A stretch of 64,000 bases of DNA, from contig MU004230.1 of assembly GCA_010405405.1 (NCBI GenBank), forward strand, positions 1,770,627 through 1,834,626, written 5' to 3'. Both the position numbers and the translations under genes were made by a program. The notes beneath the pieces were generated by a model that saw only the letters and a program-made list of their open reading frames with translations, searched no databases and was not told where the DNA came from. Below, in pieces: positions 34,201 through 45,900 of the stretch. Source of the stretch: Microthyrium microscopicum (Eukaryota). Numbering within the stretch: the first letter of the stretch is position 1; each line of letters starts with the position of its first letter.

Positions 34201-34557
34201 GCATGTCCGGACAGACGCAACCCCAGCTGCCGTTGTAGCAGGGTACAACAGATATCGCTCCCAAATTCCCCAGGGCTCTTCGGGCCTGGGCCTTTGGAAA
34301 ATAATAGGGAAGGTGCTGTGATATATGGTTTCGAAGAACTTGCAAATTGCACCGCAATTTCCACACAACAACAGGAAACCGAGAGACTATACAGCCTAAG
34401 CAATACCCAGATTGAGAACGTTGACACAGTTTCTTTGTCCACAGATTCAATTCACAGTCTGGATGATATAGTCGGACTGCCCCCTTCACATTTCGCTCAA
34501 GAGAACCAGGTACCGTTAGCTCCAAGTCATTATATGTTTAATCCGCACGGAGCTTAA
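31222..34557 (+). CDS. large uncharacterised fungal-specific protein, ~1038 aa, three exons
   Basis: Exons 31222-32017, 32175-32633 and 32696-34557; introns 32018-32174 and 32634-32695 join three ORF-track pieces in frame. Blocks ATTCSEYVEQYWPQTG, QIAQQLCWMKAAL, SCWIGLF, GLEISIAIL, KGFSTMLVPT, IQWHL and RHFIGWC look like a widespread Pezizomycotina family of unknown function. Confidence 0.78.
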
Positions 34558-34824
34558 CCCACTATTTATACGTTTAATCATGAAGATCCATGGTAATGTT
34601 TCCAGCCACAGGATGCGCTCCAAAATCTTCGCGATGTGCGAGCTGCTCTGTCGACGAATGTTGTGCTCGACTTGTTCAACGAGAATATTTCGAGGTCGCA
34701 ACTTGTACACTTTTTATAAGCATCAGTATTCAATCCATGTTCAACCAAATTCTCTATTGTTCTATATAGGTATCAGTACCTAGTTGTGTACCCTACTTTC
34801 TGACTCCAGTTTTGTTTGGACAGC

Positions 34825-35385
34825 TTAAGCAGAGAAGTCCTTGATGCCCTTGGCCAAAGCATCGTTGAGCTGATCAAAGTACTTGTTGGCAGTGGCAGTG
34901 TATTGATCTGGGATCTTAGTCTTGGCGATAGAGACAAAGTCATTGGAGACCTTGAGGAGATGCTCAAGATCAGTAGCAACAAGCTTCTGTACACCGGCCT
35001 TTGCGAAAAGAGCCTTCTTGGACACAAGTCCATTGACAATCTTGACAGTCTTGTCAGCGACCTCGCTCGATGGCTTGGCAACAGAGATGGCGGCCGCGGA
35101 GGTGAGTTTGGCGCCAGTCTGCTTCTTGATATCCACAATCATTTGCTCGCCGGCCTTTTCGGTGGCACCGCTGAGAGCGGCCATCTCCTTGAGTTTGGCA
35201 ACGACATCGTCGCCTTCTTTGAGGGCAGTGACTTTCTCAATGAGCTTGTCGGCGTTGGCGCTGATGGTCTTATAGCCGGTGAGGACGAAGGAGACGTCGC
35301 TGATGTCGTCGGCTGGGGCCTGGATGGCTGGGGCGGCGAAGACGGCGCTGGCGAAGGCGAGGGTGGTGAGGAGTGAAAGACGCAT
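34825..35385 (-). CDS. secreted HsbA / cell-wall mannoprotein-like helical protein, 186 aa
   Basis: Signal peptide MRLSLLTTLAFASAVFAAP; Ala/Lys-rich amphipathic helices; LVSKKALFAKAG and LAKGIKDFS ending typical of the HsbA/Mp1 family; strong C/G-ending codon bias suggests high expression. Confidence 0.8.
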   Translation of the reverse strand: MRLSLLTTLAFASAVFAAPAIQAPADDISDVSFVLTGYKTISANADKLIEKVTALKEGDDVVAKLKEMAALSGATEKAGEQMIVDIKKQTGAKLTSAAAISVAKPSSEVADKTVKIVNGLVSKKALFAKAGVQKLVATDLEHLLKVSNDFVSIAKTKIPDQYTATANKYFDQLNDALAKGIKDFSA

Positions 35386-37486
35386 GGTGATTAGAGTTGA
35401 TTAAAGATTGTTTTGGGAATAGGTAAAGACTGAGTTTGAATTGGCTGATGGGTAGCCACCACAAATGGCGGATTGGCCCCCTTTATGTATTTGATGGCTG
35501 TCATGTTGTGCTGTCGTTACTTACGAGAGCAATTCTGAGCATGGAAATATGACCAGCCCTTGCAACTGTTAGACATGTATAACCATGGTCAGATCAAATA
35601 AGTTCATAAGACTTTCTAAAGAAGCTTGTGGCTGCTTTGATGTTCAATTCTGGCCACATGCACGGCAAAGTGTCGATTTAATGTGAGCCAAGTCACCAGG
35701 ATTTTTTTTTAACACCGTGCGTCGTCCTCTGAGAGCCATGTTGTAATTTCGGATGGGGGATCTCATGAGCCATGGGAGATTGGGCTTTTAAATTTCTGGC
35801 GAGTGGAGAATGAACATATATATGCCAGTGTTTCGTGTGCATCATATACCAGCACGAGTCTTTTTTGTCCAACTACAGCAGTCACTGCAGGAAATATCAA
35901 CAACAATGAGTTGGATCAGAAATTGTACTTAGTGTTTTGAACTCTTTGGAACGCTAGATCTGTCAAGATGTTGAATACTCTATAATTTGGCGTCCAGAAA
36001 ATAAACCATAGCGTAATACCAGGTAGAGGTTGAACCTTATAGTGATTGCAATATAAAGTAGGCGTAGGAGCGGCTTGATACTAGCCTTATACCCCCAGCC
36101 CAGTCTTTACAGCAATGCATGCTATGCCTTATATAGAAAATAAACTCAAACGACAATTCTATCGCTTTGAAATTCCATCGAGCTTATACCTCTATGAACG
36201 TGTTCTCATACACCCCAGCCACGATGTCGACTTTTGAAGTGGCGTTAGATATCTTATGGAATATTTGTGGCTTTGCATAGCTGTGGGAATATATCATATT
36301 ATTCATCACTCTACTGCCAGTGAAGGAATGACACGTTGCTCATTCTGGGATCACAACTGAGTACATTATTGCAACCGCCGCCAGAAATGTTCTTCACAGA
36401 AGGTCGTTCAATCTTCCATATTGGAATCACGCCTTCTAGTCTTCCAGAACGAAGTCTTGATCTCTGATGCAATATCATAAATCATTAATGGTTGATAGAT
36501 CACACGTCTTCAAATAGTACACGGTCAATCGTCACAGCACTGAGCAGGACACGGGCACGAATGGACTCAAAGTTCTACGCCTGTACCTGAATAATAGATG
36601 GTAGACCCTGAGATCCCTCTCCACAGCCAATTACATATACTTTATGGAAAAGAAGCTGCCGTCCACGACACTAGGTCGGCACTCGTGGATCGGCTGAATA
36701 CCTTTTGGCCCCGATGTATAGAATGCTACGAATACCAATATGTAACATATAATTTGAGGGACATAGCTCTTGAGCTCAATGTATAAGATGTCAAGTTCGG
36801 CTGATAATGCCCTAATAACATCAGATTTGCAGAGACCAATATACCGAAGGGACGGGGATTATCCTGTCAGAAGAGCGCAACTCTCAGGTACATCGCTATG
36901 ACCCACAATGTAGTATCATAGTATGGATGACAGATGATGCTTAAACATCATATCACACAGAACCCGTGGAGAAACGGGCCGCGTTCAAGTTTAAATCAAA
37001 AGATTAGAGCCTCACTATGGGCCTTTTTGTCCGCATCGTGCAAGTCTCGGAGCATTGCGAGAGCTGTTCACTGCAGGGACTGTAGTTCCTTAATCCAATA
37101 TCTTTTTAATGGCTCTCACTGGTTCATATAGCTAGGTACTCGCGTATATATGCTGACATTATGAAGAAGCACGGGTTCACGCATCAATCTTTTAAGCTTT
37201 CACATCTTCCTTCCGCAACAAGGCTCGGGGGCCTGCCATGTATGTCGGCATCCTTTCAGCTTGGTGCATTTCGAGAAGTGATACTGAAAAGCATGTATGG
37301 TTTGTCAGCCGTCAAACGTCAAACCTGTCATCTTACTATATAAAATGAAAGCACAAGACGATCAGAAATTCTGGAGGGTCTCATATCGAGAGAGCCAATA
37401 CATTTGCGCAAAGCTTAAGAATACCAAACTCAGGTTACACCTTTAGCCGGCAAGAACCTCAGCCCGATGAAAACCCCATATTCATT

Positions 37487-37697
37487 TCATAACATCATAA
37501 TCATGCAGCTCTTTTGCAATTTCAAATCGTATCGCGATGGCGGCAGTTTGATCAGGCATCATAACATCGCATGTCTTTGCGACTATGAGGTCCCATCTCT
37601 TAAAGCAGTTTCATATTCATCATAAGATCATAAGGTCGCATTTCGTTCCAAGCTTCATACCCGCTGATATCAATTTCATAGTTGTCGTAACATCATA
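37487..37697. repeat. cluster of nine TCATA (minus strand TATGA) pentamers with longer shared words
   Basis: TCATA at 37487, 37495, 37559, 37611, 37620, 37628, 37655, 37676 and 37693; repeated words CATATTCAT, TAACATCATA, GCAGTTT and CAATTTCA nearby. Confidence 0.55.
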
Positions 37698-37717
37698 GTT
37701 TCACTCCAAGGGATTGC

Positions 37718-38206
37718 CTAGACTGGCCCCAAAGGCACTCTCTGGTCAGGAAACACCACTCTGATGGTATCTCCATCACCGACGTCTCCTTGACCAACGA
37801 CCATGCCCATAACACCAACTCCTCTTGGCACCAATTCACTCAATCCCTTGCGGAAGCGTTCAATGCCAGGCCCTGCCTCGCGCACACCTACGACTTGTAC
37901 AATGGCTTTATCGCCGAAATACAAGTAGGTGCCACGGGGCAAGTTGAGCAGGTCAAGGCCGGCGGTGGTGATGTTTTCGCCTAGCTGGCCTGGTGCAACC
38001 GATATGCCGTAGGCAGCGAGCTGAGAAAGGAGCTCGTAGGCGATGAGATGGACTTGGCGGAGATTGGTAGAACCGTCGGACGATGGCCCCGAATGGATGT
38101 CGCCTTGCACTCCGTGGTTGGGCACGAGGGTGATAGAAGGTGTATAGGTTTTGGAGAAGGAGTGGGAGGAGGAGAGATGGGTGGAATGGACGACTGGCGC
38201 AGACAT
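37718..38206 (-). CDS. MOSC-domain (YiiM-like) protein, 162 aa, intronless
   Basis: HSFSK...ITL...GVQGDIHSG, NLRQVHLI, PGQLGENITTAGLDLLNLPRGT and GVMGMVV..GDV..GDTIRV are diagnostic MOSC blocks. First ATG is at 38206. Confidence 0.85.
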   Translation of the reverse strand: MSAPVVHSTHLSSSHSFSKTYTPSITLVPNHGVQGDIHSGPSSDGSTNLRQVHLIAYELLSQLAAYGISVAPGQLGENITTAGLDLLNLPRGTYLYFGDKAIVQVVGVREAGPGIERFRKGLSELVPRGVGVMGMVVGQGDVGDGDTIRVVFPDQRVPLGPV

Positions 38207-38816
38207 GGTTTGAGTAGTACGAATGGTGGTACTAGCACTAGCCGGCGTAAGTAGATGATAGACCAAGTAGTAATGATGACCTGAATGGAAGAGCCCTAGT
38301 TGTTGTCAATATTGACGCTCATGGGCGTCTACACAAGGCGTATCAACGATGGTGTTGGCTGTAGCTGGCGCGGTCCGAGGACCATGTCGCTGCTCATTTG
38401 CGGATTGCAGCTGCCTTGCATCATCAATCTACTACCTTCTTACCAACTTGCACATGCGACACTATTTTCTGGAACTCTCATCCTTCTCGTGAGATTTTGA
38501 CAGTTTGTTGTCGCTGTTGTCGTTGTTGTCTCGGTTGCGCGCCGAGTCGTTGCAGCCAATCCCGCTCCAGCTCCACTTCAAAGTTGCACCTCCAGCAAAA
38601 GGCCCAGAACGCGTCGCTGTTCCTGAATCCTCAACCTTCATCTCCTTTCCTGCGTGTCACCAACTCCCCCAACTGTCCTTTGCGCATCTGTTCGTACTAC
38701 TTGATTCCGATACCACTGATTCCTACATCTTCTTTCTCACTAAGCGGGATCTGCGAACCGTGTTTCTTCATCCTAGGGGCGAGGAAGCCTGATTGAGCGG
38801 CTCTTTTCTTTTCGCC

Positions 38817-41800
38817 ATGGCGTAAGTTCAGCTTGCAAATAATGTCTTGAGATTTGTTTTCATACTGACGATTGACCTGCAGGAGCTCCAACAATATAAA
38901 AGGTACCCTTTCTTCCAACCCTGCGCCAGAACAATGAGCCTGCTCTAACGAGTTCCTACTACAGTCGTCGCCCGGTTCCGACCTCAGAACAAGATCGAAA
39001 TCGCAAGCGGTGGTGAACCAATCGTTCATTTTGATACCGAGGATACGTGTAGTCTCCAGGTACGTTTGCGCGCGTTCGCTGCCAGTGGTTATATACGGGA
39101 GATATTGCGATTGTTGCCACTGAGCACACTACTTGCGCTGGGCCCTACTTGTGCGTTGCAATGCTAACATGTTGTTCTTATAGTCTAAAGATGCCGCCGG
39201 CTCATTTACCTATGATCGTGTCTTTGACATGGCCTCGCGACAGGCCGATGTCTTTGACTTTTCCATCCGCTCGACGGTCGACGATATCCTCGATGGTTAC
39301 AATGGCACTGTTTTTGCTTACGGTCAAACCGGTGCCGGTAAATCATATACTATGATGGGCGCTGACATCGATGATGAAGAGCAAAGAGGTGTTATTCCAC
39401 GAATTATCGAACAAGTTTTCGCATCCATCCTTTCAAGTCCAGGAAATATAGAATACACCGTTCGCGTCAGTTACATGGAAATCTACATGGAAAGAATTCG
39501 AGATCTGCTGCAACCGCAAAACGATAATCTACCAATACATGAGGAGAAGAACCGGGGCGTCTATGTCAAAGGTCTTTTGGAAATATATGTGTCCAGTGTT
39601 CCAGAAGTTTACGAGGTTATGAGAAGAGGTGGAACGGCAAGAGCTGTTGCGGCGACGAACATGAACCAAGAGTCCTCACGATCACATTCAATTTTCGTCA
39701 TCACTGTCACTCAGAAAAATGTCGAGACTGGATCAGCGAAGAGTGGACAATTATTCTTGGTTGATCTGGCGGGTAGTGAGAAGGTCGGCAAAACTGGCGC
39801 AAGTGGTCAAACGCTAGAGGAAGCCAAGAAAATTAACAAGAGTTTGAGTGCTCTCGGAATGGTTATCAATTCATTGACAGATGGCAAATCGTCGCATATT
39901 CCCTATCGGGACTCCAAACTTACGAGAATCCTCCAAGAGTCGCTTGGTGGTAACTCGCGGACAACTTTAATCATCAATTGCTCACCTAGCAGCTACAATG
40001 ACCAAGAAACACTCGGAACATTGCGTTTTGGTATGCGAGCCAAGAGCATTAAGAACAAGGCCAAGGTCAACGCAGAACTTAGTCCAGCAGAGCTCAAGAT
40101 CATGCTCAAGAAAGCACAGTCACAAGTCACAAGCTTTGAGTCTTACATCGATGCTCTAAAAGGCGAAGTTCAACAATGGAGAAGCGGAGAGGCCGTGCCG
40201 AAAGAAAGCTGGACACCTGCCATAATAGAAGGATTTACGAAGAAACCCGATGCAAAAGGTCCAAGTACTCCCTCAAAAGGCCCTGCGGCCGATGCGCGAA
40301 GATCAGACACGCCATCAAGACCTGATTCGCGAGCGGATATAGAGCGATCTGGTACGCCGGCTCTGCTGGAGAAAGATGAACGTGATGAATTTTTACGACG
40401 AGAAAATGAACTTCAAGATCAAATTGCGGAGAAAGAATCGCAATTCGCAAATGCCGAAAACACCATCAAAGGTTTACGGGAAGAGCTGGTTTTCTTGAAG
40501 GAACATGATTCGCTTGCCAGCAAAAACAACGAACGGCTTACAAGTGAAGTAAATGAGCTACGCATGCATGTGGAAAAGATGAATTTTGAAGCCAAGGAAG
40601 ACCGGATCTCCATGGACGGACTCAAGGAAGCGAATACCGAGCTCACGGCTGAACTGGACGAAGTCAAGCAACATCTTCTCGAAGCGAGAATGTCAGCACG
40701 AGAGAACGGATCCCTTTCGGATGAGAAGGAGAGACTAAAGAAGGAACGAATGGCCACCATGATGGCTGGTTTCGATCTTGGTGGTGAGATTTTCAGTGAC
40801 AACGAACGAAGCATTCGACGGGTCATCGAACAGATCGATAACCTTCAAGAGTCTGGGTCCATTAACCCCGATGATCTCCAAGAGCTTCGACGAAAGTTGC
40901 TCGAGACCCAAGGAATCGTTCGACAGGCTGAATTATCTGTCAACCAACGAGTCGAGGTTGAAGAGGCCGCTGCTCTACGTCGCGAAGCACTAGAGCAACG
41001 CTTGTCCAAGGTTCAACAAGAATACCAAGCTGTCCTTGAAGGCAAGCTAGAAGGTTCTGACGTGGAAGCGGTCAAGGAGCAGCTATCTGCAGCTTATAAT
41101 GATCGTCAAGCATCTGAAGAGGAGCACATCAATCAACTCAGCGATGATCTTGCTAAGCGTACCGAAGAGGCGAAACGTCTTAAATTCGAGGTTGATGAAT
41201 TACAACAACGATTCAAGACTGGTCTTAGTAGTGTCAATGGGTTGGCCAACGGTGACGGAGATAGTAAGACGGTGTCGCAGCAAATCGCCGAGTTCGACCA
41301 GATGAAGAAGAGCCTTATGCGGGATCTTCAGAATCGCTGCGAGCGCGTCGTGGAGCTCGAGATCTCACTCGACGAGACACGCGAGCAGTACAACAATGTA
41401 TTACGCACTTCCAACAATAGGGCACAGCAGAAGAAAATGGCCTTTTTAGAGCGCAACCTTGAGCAGCTCACCGTCGTGCAGCGCCAGCTGGTCGAACAGA
41501 ATTCGAGCCTGAAGAAGGAGGTTGCTATTGCTGAGCGAAAACTCATCGCTCGCAACGAGCGCATTCAGTCTCTCGAGAGCTTGTTGCAAGAAAGCCAAGA
41601 GAAACTCATCTCTGCAAACCACCGGTATGTCTTTCCTACTTACCGTAAAATTTCGTCCATCATGCTAATATAGTCACAGCTTCGAAGTCCAGCTCACAGC
41701 TGTCAAGGAGCGTCTCGAGGCCGCCAAAGCTGGCTCTACACGTGGTCTTGGTGGATCAGGGGCACCAGCCAGCTTTGCCAGCTCGCGTATTGCCAAACCA

Positions 41801-41920
41801 CTTCGCGGAGGTGGAGCTGTCACTGAAGCGGCGCCCATACCTACATTGGCTGCGCTCCAACAAGAAAATGGCACCTCTGGAGGTGCGAAACGAAACAGTT
41901 GGTTCTTTAATCAGCGATGA
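38817..41920 (+). CDS. kinA: conventional kinesin (kinesin-1 heavy chain), ~933 aa
   Basis: Exons 38817-38821, 38883-38902, 38965-39059, 39184-41624 and 41680-41920, all with canonical splice sites. NIKVVARFRP, P-loop GQTGAGKS, switch I NQESSRSH, switch II DLAGSE, HIPYRDSKLTR, coiled-coil stalk, IAKPLRGGG tail and KRNSWF end. Confidence 0.97.
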
Positions 41921-42931
41921 TGAATTCACGATGCGAATACAATCGAGCGAGCTTTGGGTAATGATGATTCATTGATATGAGCGAACGACAGCGATCAGCA
42001 ATGTTGGAATGAAAGATTAGCGAGATGAGCTCTTTCATGAACGAATTGTCATTGTTAATTGCATTTCTGCCTTTCTACTCGGCATCTAATGCACTCCCGA
42101 TATGGACTCATGGAGAGAGGGATACGGAGTTGGTTCGGGCATTTGGGATCGGAGCTTTAGATGGAGTGGTGGCTTTAGATCATTTTGGCATCCGATATGT
42201 ACTCGTACTTAATGCTACCGCGATACACCACGAATGGGCGAGATCAGACAGTGCCTTGCAGCTCGTAGTAGCATTCCAGCTTTTCTGCTACTAAGTTTTC
42301 GAGTCTCATAGTCATCTCCCAAGTACAGCCAGTGCGACAAGCAATGTGGCCATCTCAAGATGCCTACAACAAAGAAAGATAGGCACCTCAAGCAACAAAG
42401 ACTTTGAACTACTCTTGTTCGGTCCCAGAACTTTGAGGTGGTGAAAATAGTGACTTGATCGCAGTTGCCTTTCTTGATGTTGGTCCGTGCACTATTCACG
42501 AAATCACAGTCCCCAACTTTGACTACTTGAGCCTCCATCACCAATACTTCAACATTTATCATCCCCATCACCCTGCTCGCTCTCTCTCAAATCTTGAACT
42601 GCCGCTGCGACCGCGCCCGCATCATCACAGCAAGCCCATCGACTCTCGCGCGACTACCCTCGAGTGCGCAATCCAACGCTGAACTTTCGGTTGCCTGGTC
42701 GCGACATTGCCTGTATCCAGCGCTACAGCGCCAGTCGACCGTAATACTTGTACGAAGAGATTGAAACCATTACAAAGCATTGGGACTGGGTCATTGTAGT
42801 TGGCGCCAGGCCAATCGACCGCTAGTTGGAGATGAATCAGTCGCAAACTCGAAATTCTTCGAGGTAGTTTCCTCGCCTCATTAATTCCGCATCCCTCCAT
42901 ACCTCTCTACAAATCTCGAACCCCCATAAAG

Positions 42932-45900
42932 ATGTCCGGTCTCCCTCTACCTGAGGATGGCGCGCCCCCTCCTATTATAAACACGCCGAAGTTCACTGTG
43001 TCGCATCAAGATGTTGAGCTCGATATCGATTTCTCGTCGCGTACGATATATGGCAAGACAGCAATCACAATAGACCCATCAGACAAGGATTTGCGCGCGG
43101 TTTCCCTGCGATGCCGCCAGCTGAAGGTTAAAAGCGTCAAGGTCGACAAGTGGCCGGTTCACAATTTCCAATACAAAGACGCGCATGAGGCTCTCAAGTT
43201 TCGGGAGGGGTTTACACCTCGTCAACATCATTGGATACAAGAGAACTACGATCATTCGACTATGGGAAATGATCTGATAATACCGCTTCCTTCCAAAATG
43301 CGAGTTACGCCAGCCACTACGACGTTGCGGGTCAATAATGCTAGCTTTACTCCCTCGGCTGATTTATCGTCCGCCACTACGCCAGCATCTGGATCTGACT
43401 TTCGAGCTTTCGTTGTCTATATCGAGTACGAGGCGCACGACATGCGGGATGGGTTACACTGGGTTGGGTTAAACGATCAGGATCCACGATATCCACATGT
43501 CTACACTTATAGCAACTCGCTGGCGTGGACCACTGCCAGCTATATGTTTCCCTGCGTTGATGAAGGCAATTCAAAACACCCTTGGCGATTATCGATCACT
43601 TGTCCTCGAACTCTAGGGGATATCAATTCACCGTCCTTACGAGGCTCAAATATTCCCCATACGAACGGTCTTACCAATGGAGTTAGTGACGCTATGCAAA
43701 TAGATGTTCCTCGCCGCGAAACTACCTTTTCAGAGGAGGAAAAAGCCATGGAGCTCGCAGTTATTTGCTCTGGGTTTATGGAAGAAAATGATGTACCAGT
43801 GCAAGGAGCAGAATACCGTCGCAAATGGGTTTTCAATTGCACCACACCTGTTCTCCCCAGACATGTGGGGTTTGCTATTGGTCCATTCGAAGAGGTTGAC
43901 TTGTCAGAATACCGCGAGAGCGAACAAGATGACAAGATGGGCCGAAGTGTCGTTCGTGTTCATGGTTTCTGTCTGCCAGGGCGGGCGGATGAATTGCGCA
44001 ATACCTGCATGCCTCTTGCATCTGCTCTTGATAAACTATCAACTTCTTTCGTTTTCTATCCATTCGAAAGCGAGTCGTCGAGCTACAAAGTCTGCTTTGT
44101 AGATGATCTTTCCGTGGACGTTGTCGATACCGCTACATTGTCGATTTGCAGCACACGACTTTTGGTTCCTGAAAATGTTATTGACCCTCTCTACGACTCC
44201 ACGCGAGAACTGGTTCACGCCGTTGCCAGCCAATGGCTCGGAGTGAAAATTTCTGCCAAGTCCGTTGAAGATTCTTGGTTGATTATAGGCGGTTCCTATT
44301 TCATGGCTGACTGGTTTATGATGACTCTAACTGGTCGGAACGAACACCGCTTCCGTCTGAAGCTTGCGGCAGACAAAGTCCATGAACTGGACATCAACCG
44401 CCCAAGTCTCCATTCCATGGGAACCGTTCTTGAAATTGATCCACAAGAATATGACTTCATAAAACTCAAAGCTCCAACAGTATTATCCATACTGCACAAC
44501 CGTATTCTCAAAGCAAACGGACGAATTGGTGTTAATCGCGCCCTTTCTCGTGTGATGCTTGATGATCAGGTTGGAAAGTTGCAAAACAGTCTTCTGGAAA
44601 CGGATAGATTTATTCGCGCATGCGAAAAGGTCTCACACGGCCGTGTCGACACATTCTTTGCACAGTGGGTCTATGGTTCTGGCTGCCCGACTCTGCGGAT
44701 TCAACAGCGCTTTAACAAGAAAAAGCTTGTGGTTGAAGTGACAATCCTTCAAGTGTCACGCGATGAACAAGTGCTTCCCTCCCTAAATGCCGAGACATTC
44801 ATGCGAGAAGCAAAGGAGATGGAGGAAACCTTTCCCGTTGGCTTGCATCCGGTCTTGTTTACAGGCCCGATGACAATTCGAATCCACGAGGCTGATGGGA
44901 CACCGTATGAACATATCGTTGACATCAAGGAGCTGACCACGAAAGTTGAAATACCTTACAATACCAAGTACAAGAGACTTAAGAGGAATCGACGTGCTAA
45001 GGAACGTGCGGCAGCTGCAGCTGGTGTGGACATATCGGGTGAACCTCAGGATGATGCACTCTTGTATTGCTTGGGCGATGTCCTGCAATCCGAGGAAGAG
45101 ATTCGTGAATGGGATCTGGCAGATTGGTCCAAGGAGGACGAGGACAAAATGAACAACGAACATTTCGAATGGATTCGACTGGACAAGGATTTTGAATGGA
45201 TTACCAAGATCAACTTCAACCAACCACATTATATGTGGGTCTCCCAATTGCAGCAAGACAATGATGTGGTTGCGCAGGTCGAGTCATTGCAATATTTGCT
45301 TAGGCAGCAACCGTTCCCTCTGGTCTCGACAATCCTTACTCGCACCTTGATGGATACCCGATACTTCTATGGAGTTCGCGTTATGGCTGTTCACGCTCTG
45401 GCGAAGAACGCCGTACATGAACTCGACTGGATTGGCTTGAAGCACCTAGAAAAGGCGTTTCACGAGTTATACTGCTATGAAGACTCCAACATGACTCGAT
45501 CAAATGACTTTTCGGATACTCGCAACTACAAAATCCAATGCGCCATACCAGAAGCGATGGCTATGGTTCGTGACTCAAATGGCAAAGCTCCAGATCGCGT
45601 CAAGAAATTCTTCCTGGACACGCTAAAGTTCAACGACAACTCCAATAATGGCTATTCAGACTCTCATTACGTGGCAACCTTGATCTCATGTCTTGCGCAG
45701 TCTCTTGCTGTAACTGGTGATCAACCTCGTCGACTGAAAAGTTTGACTTACGAAGAGCTTGAGAGTATGACCATGGAAGAACAGGATAACGCTGTACAGG
45801 CTGAACGCGAACAAGTGCAACAAGACGTGATTGATGCTGAAAACCAACGAGCGGCTCTTGAGATCATCCAGCAAGTTCGACGAATTGACGAATGGATACC

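Noticed and set aside
34816..35376. 186-aa antisense ORF mirroring the HsbA-like gene
   Set aside because: Expected by-product of strong codon bias on the sense strand; it has a non-ATG start and no motifs.
36598..37131. Two short ORFs in the same frame separated by stops (possible pseudogene)
   Set aside because: No recognisable domain; indistinguishable from random intergenic ORFs without a homology search.
42657..42670. CCCTCGAGTGCGCA, an 11/14 match to the dispersed 14-mer, upstream of TAF2
   Set aside because: A single degenerate copy without a partner or stem; compatible with chance.
42832..42867. 11-codon uORF upstream of TAF2
   Set aside because: The transcript start is unknown and there is no conservation evidence.
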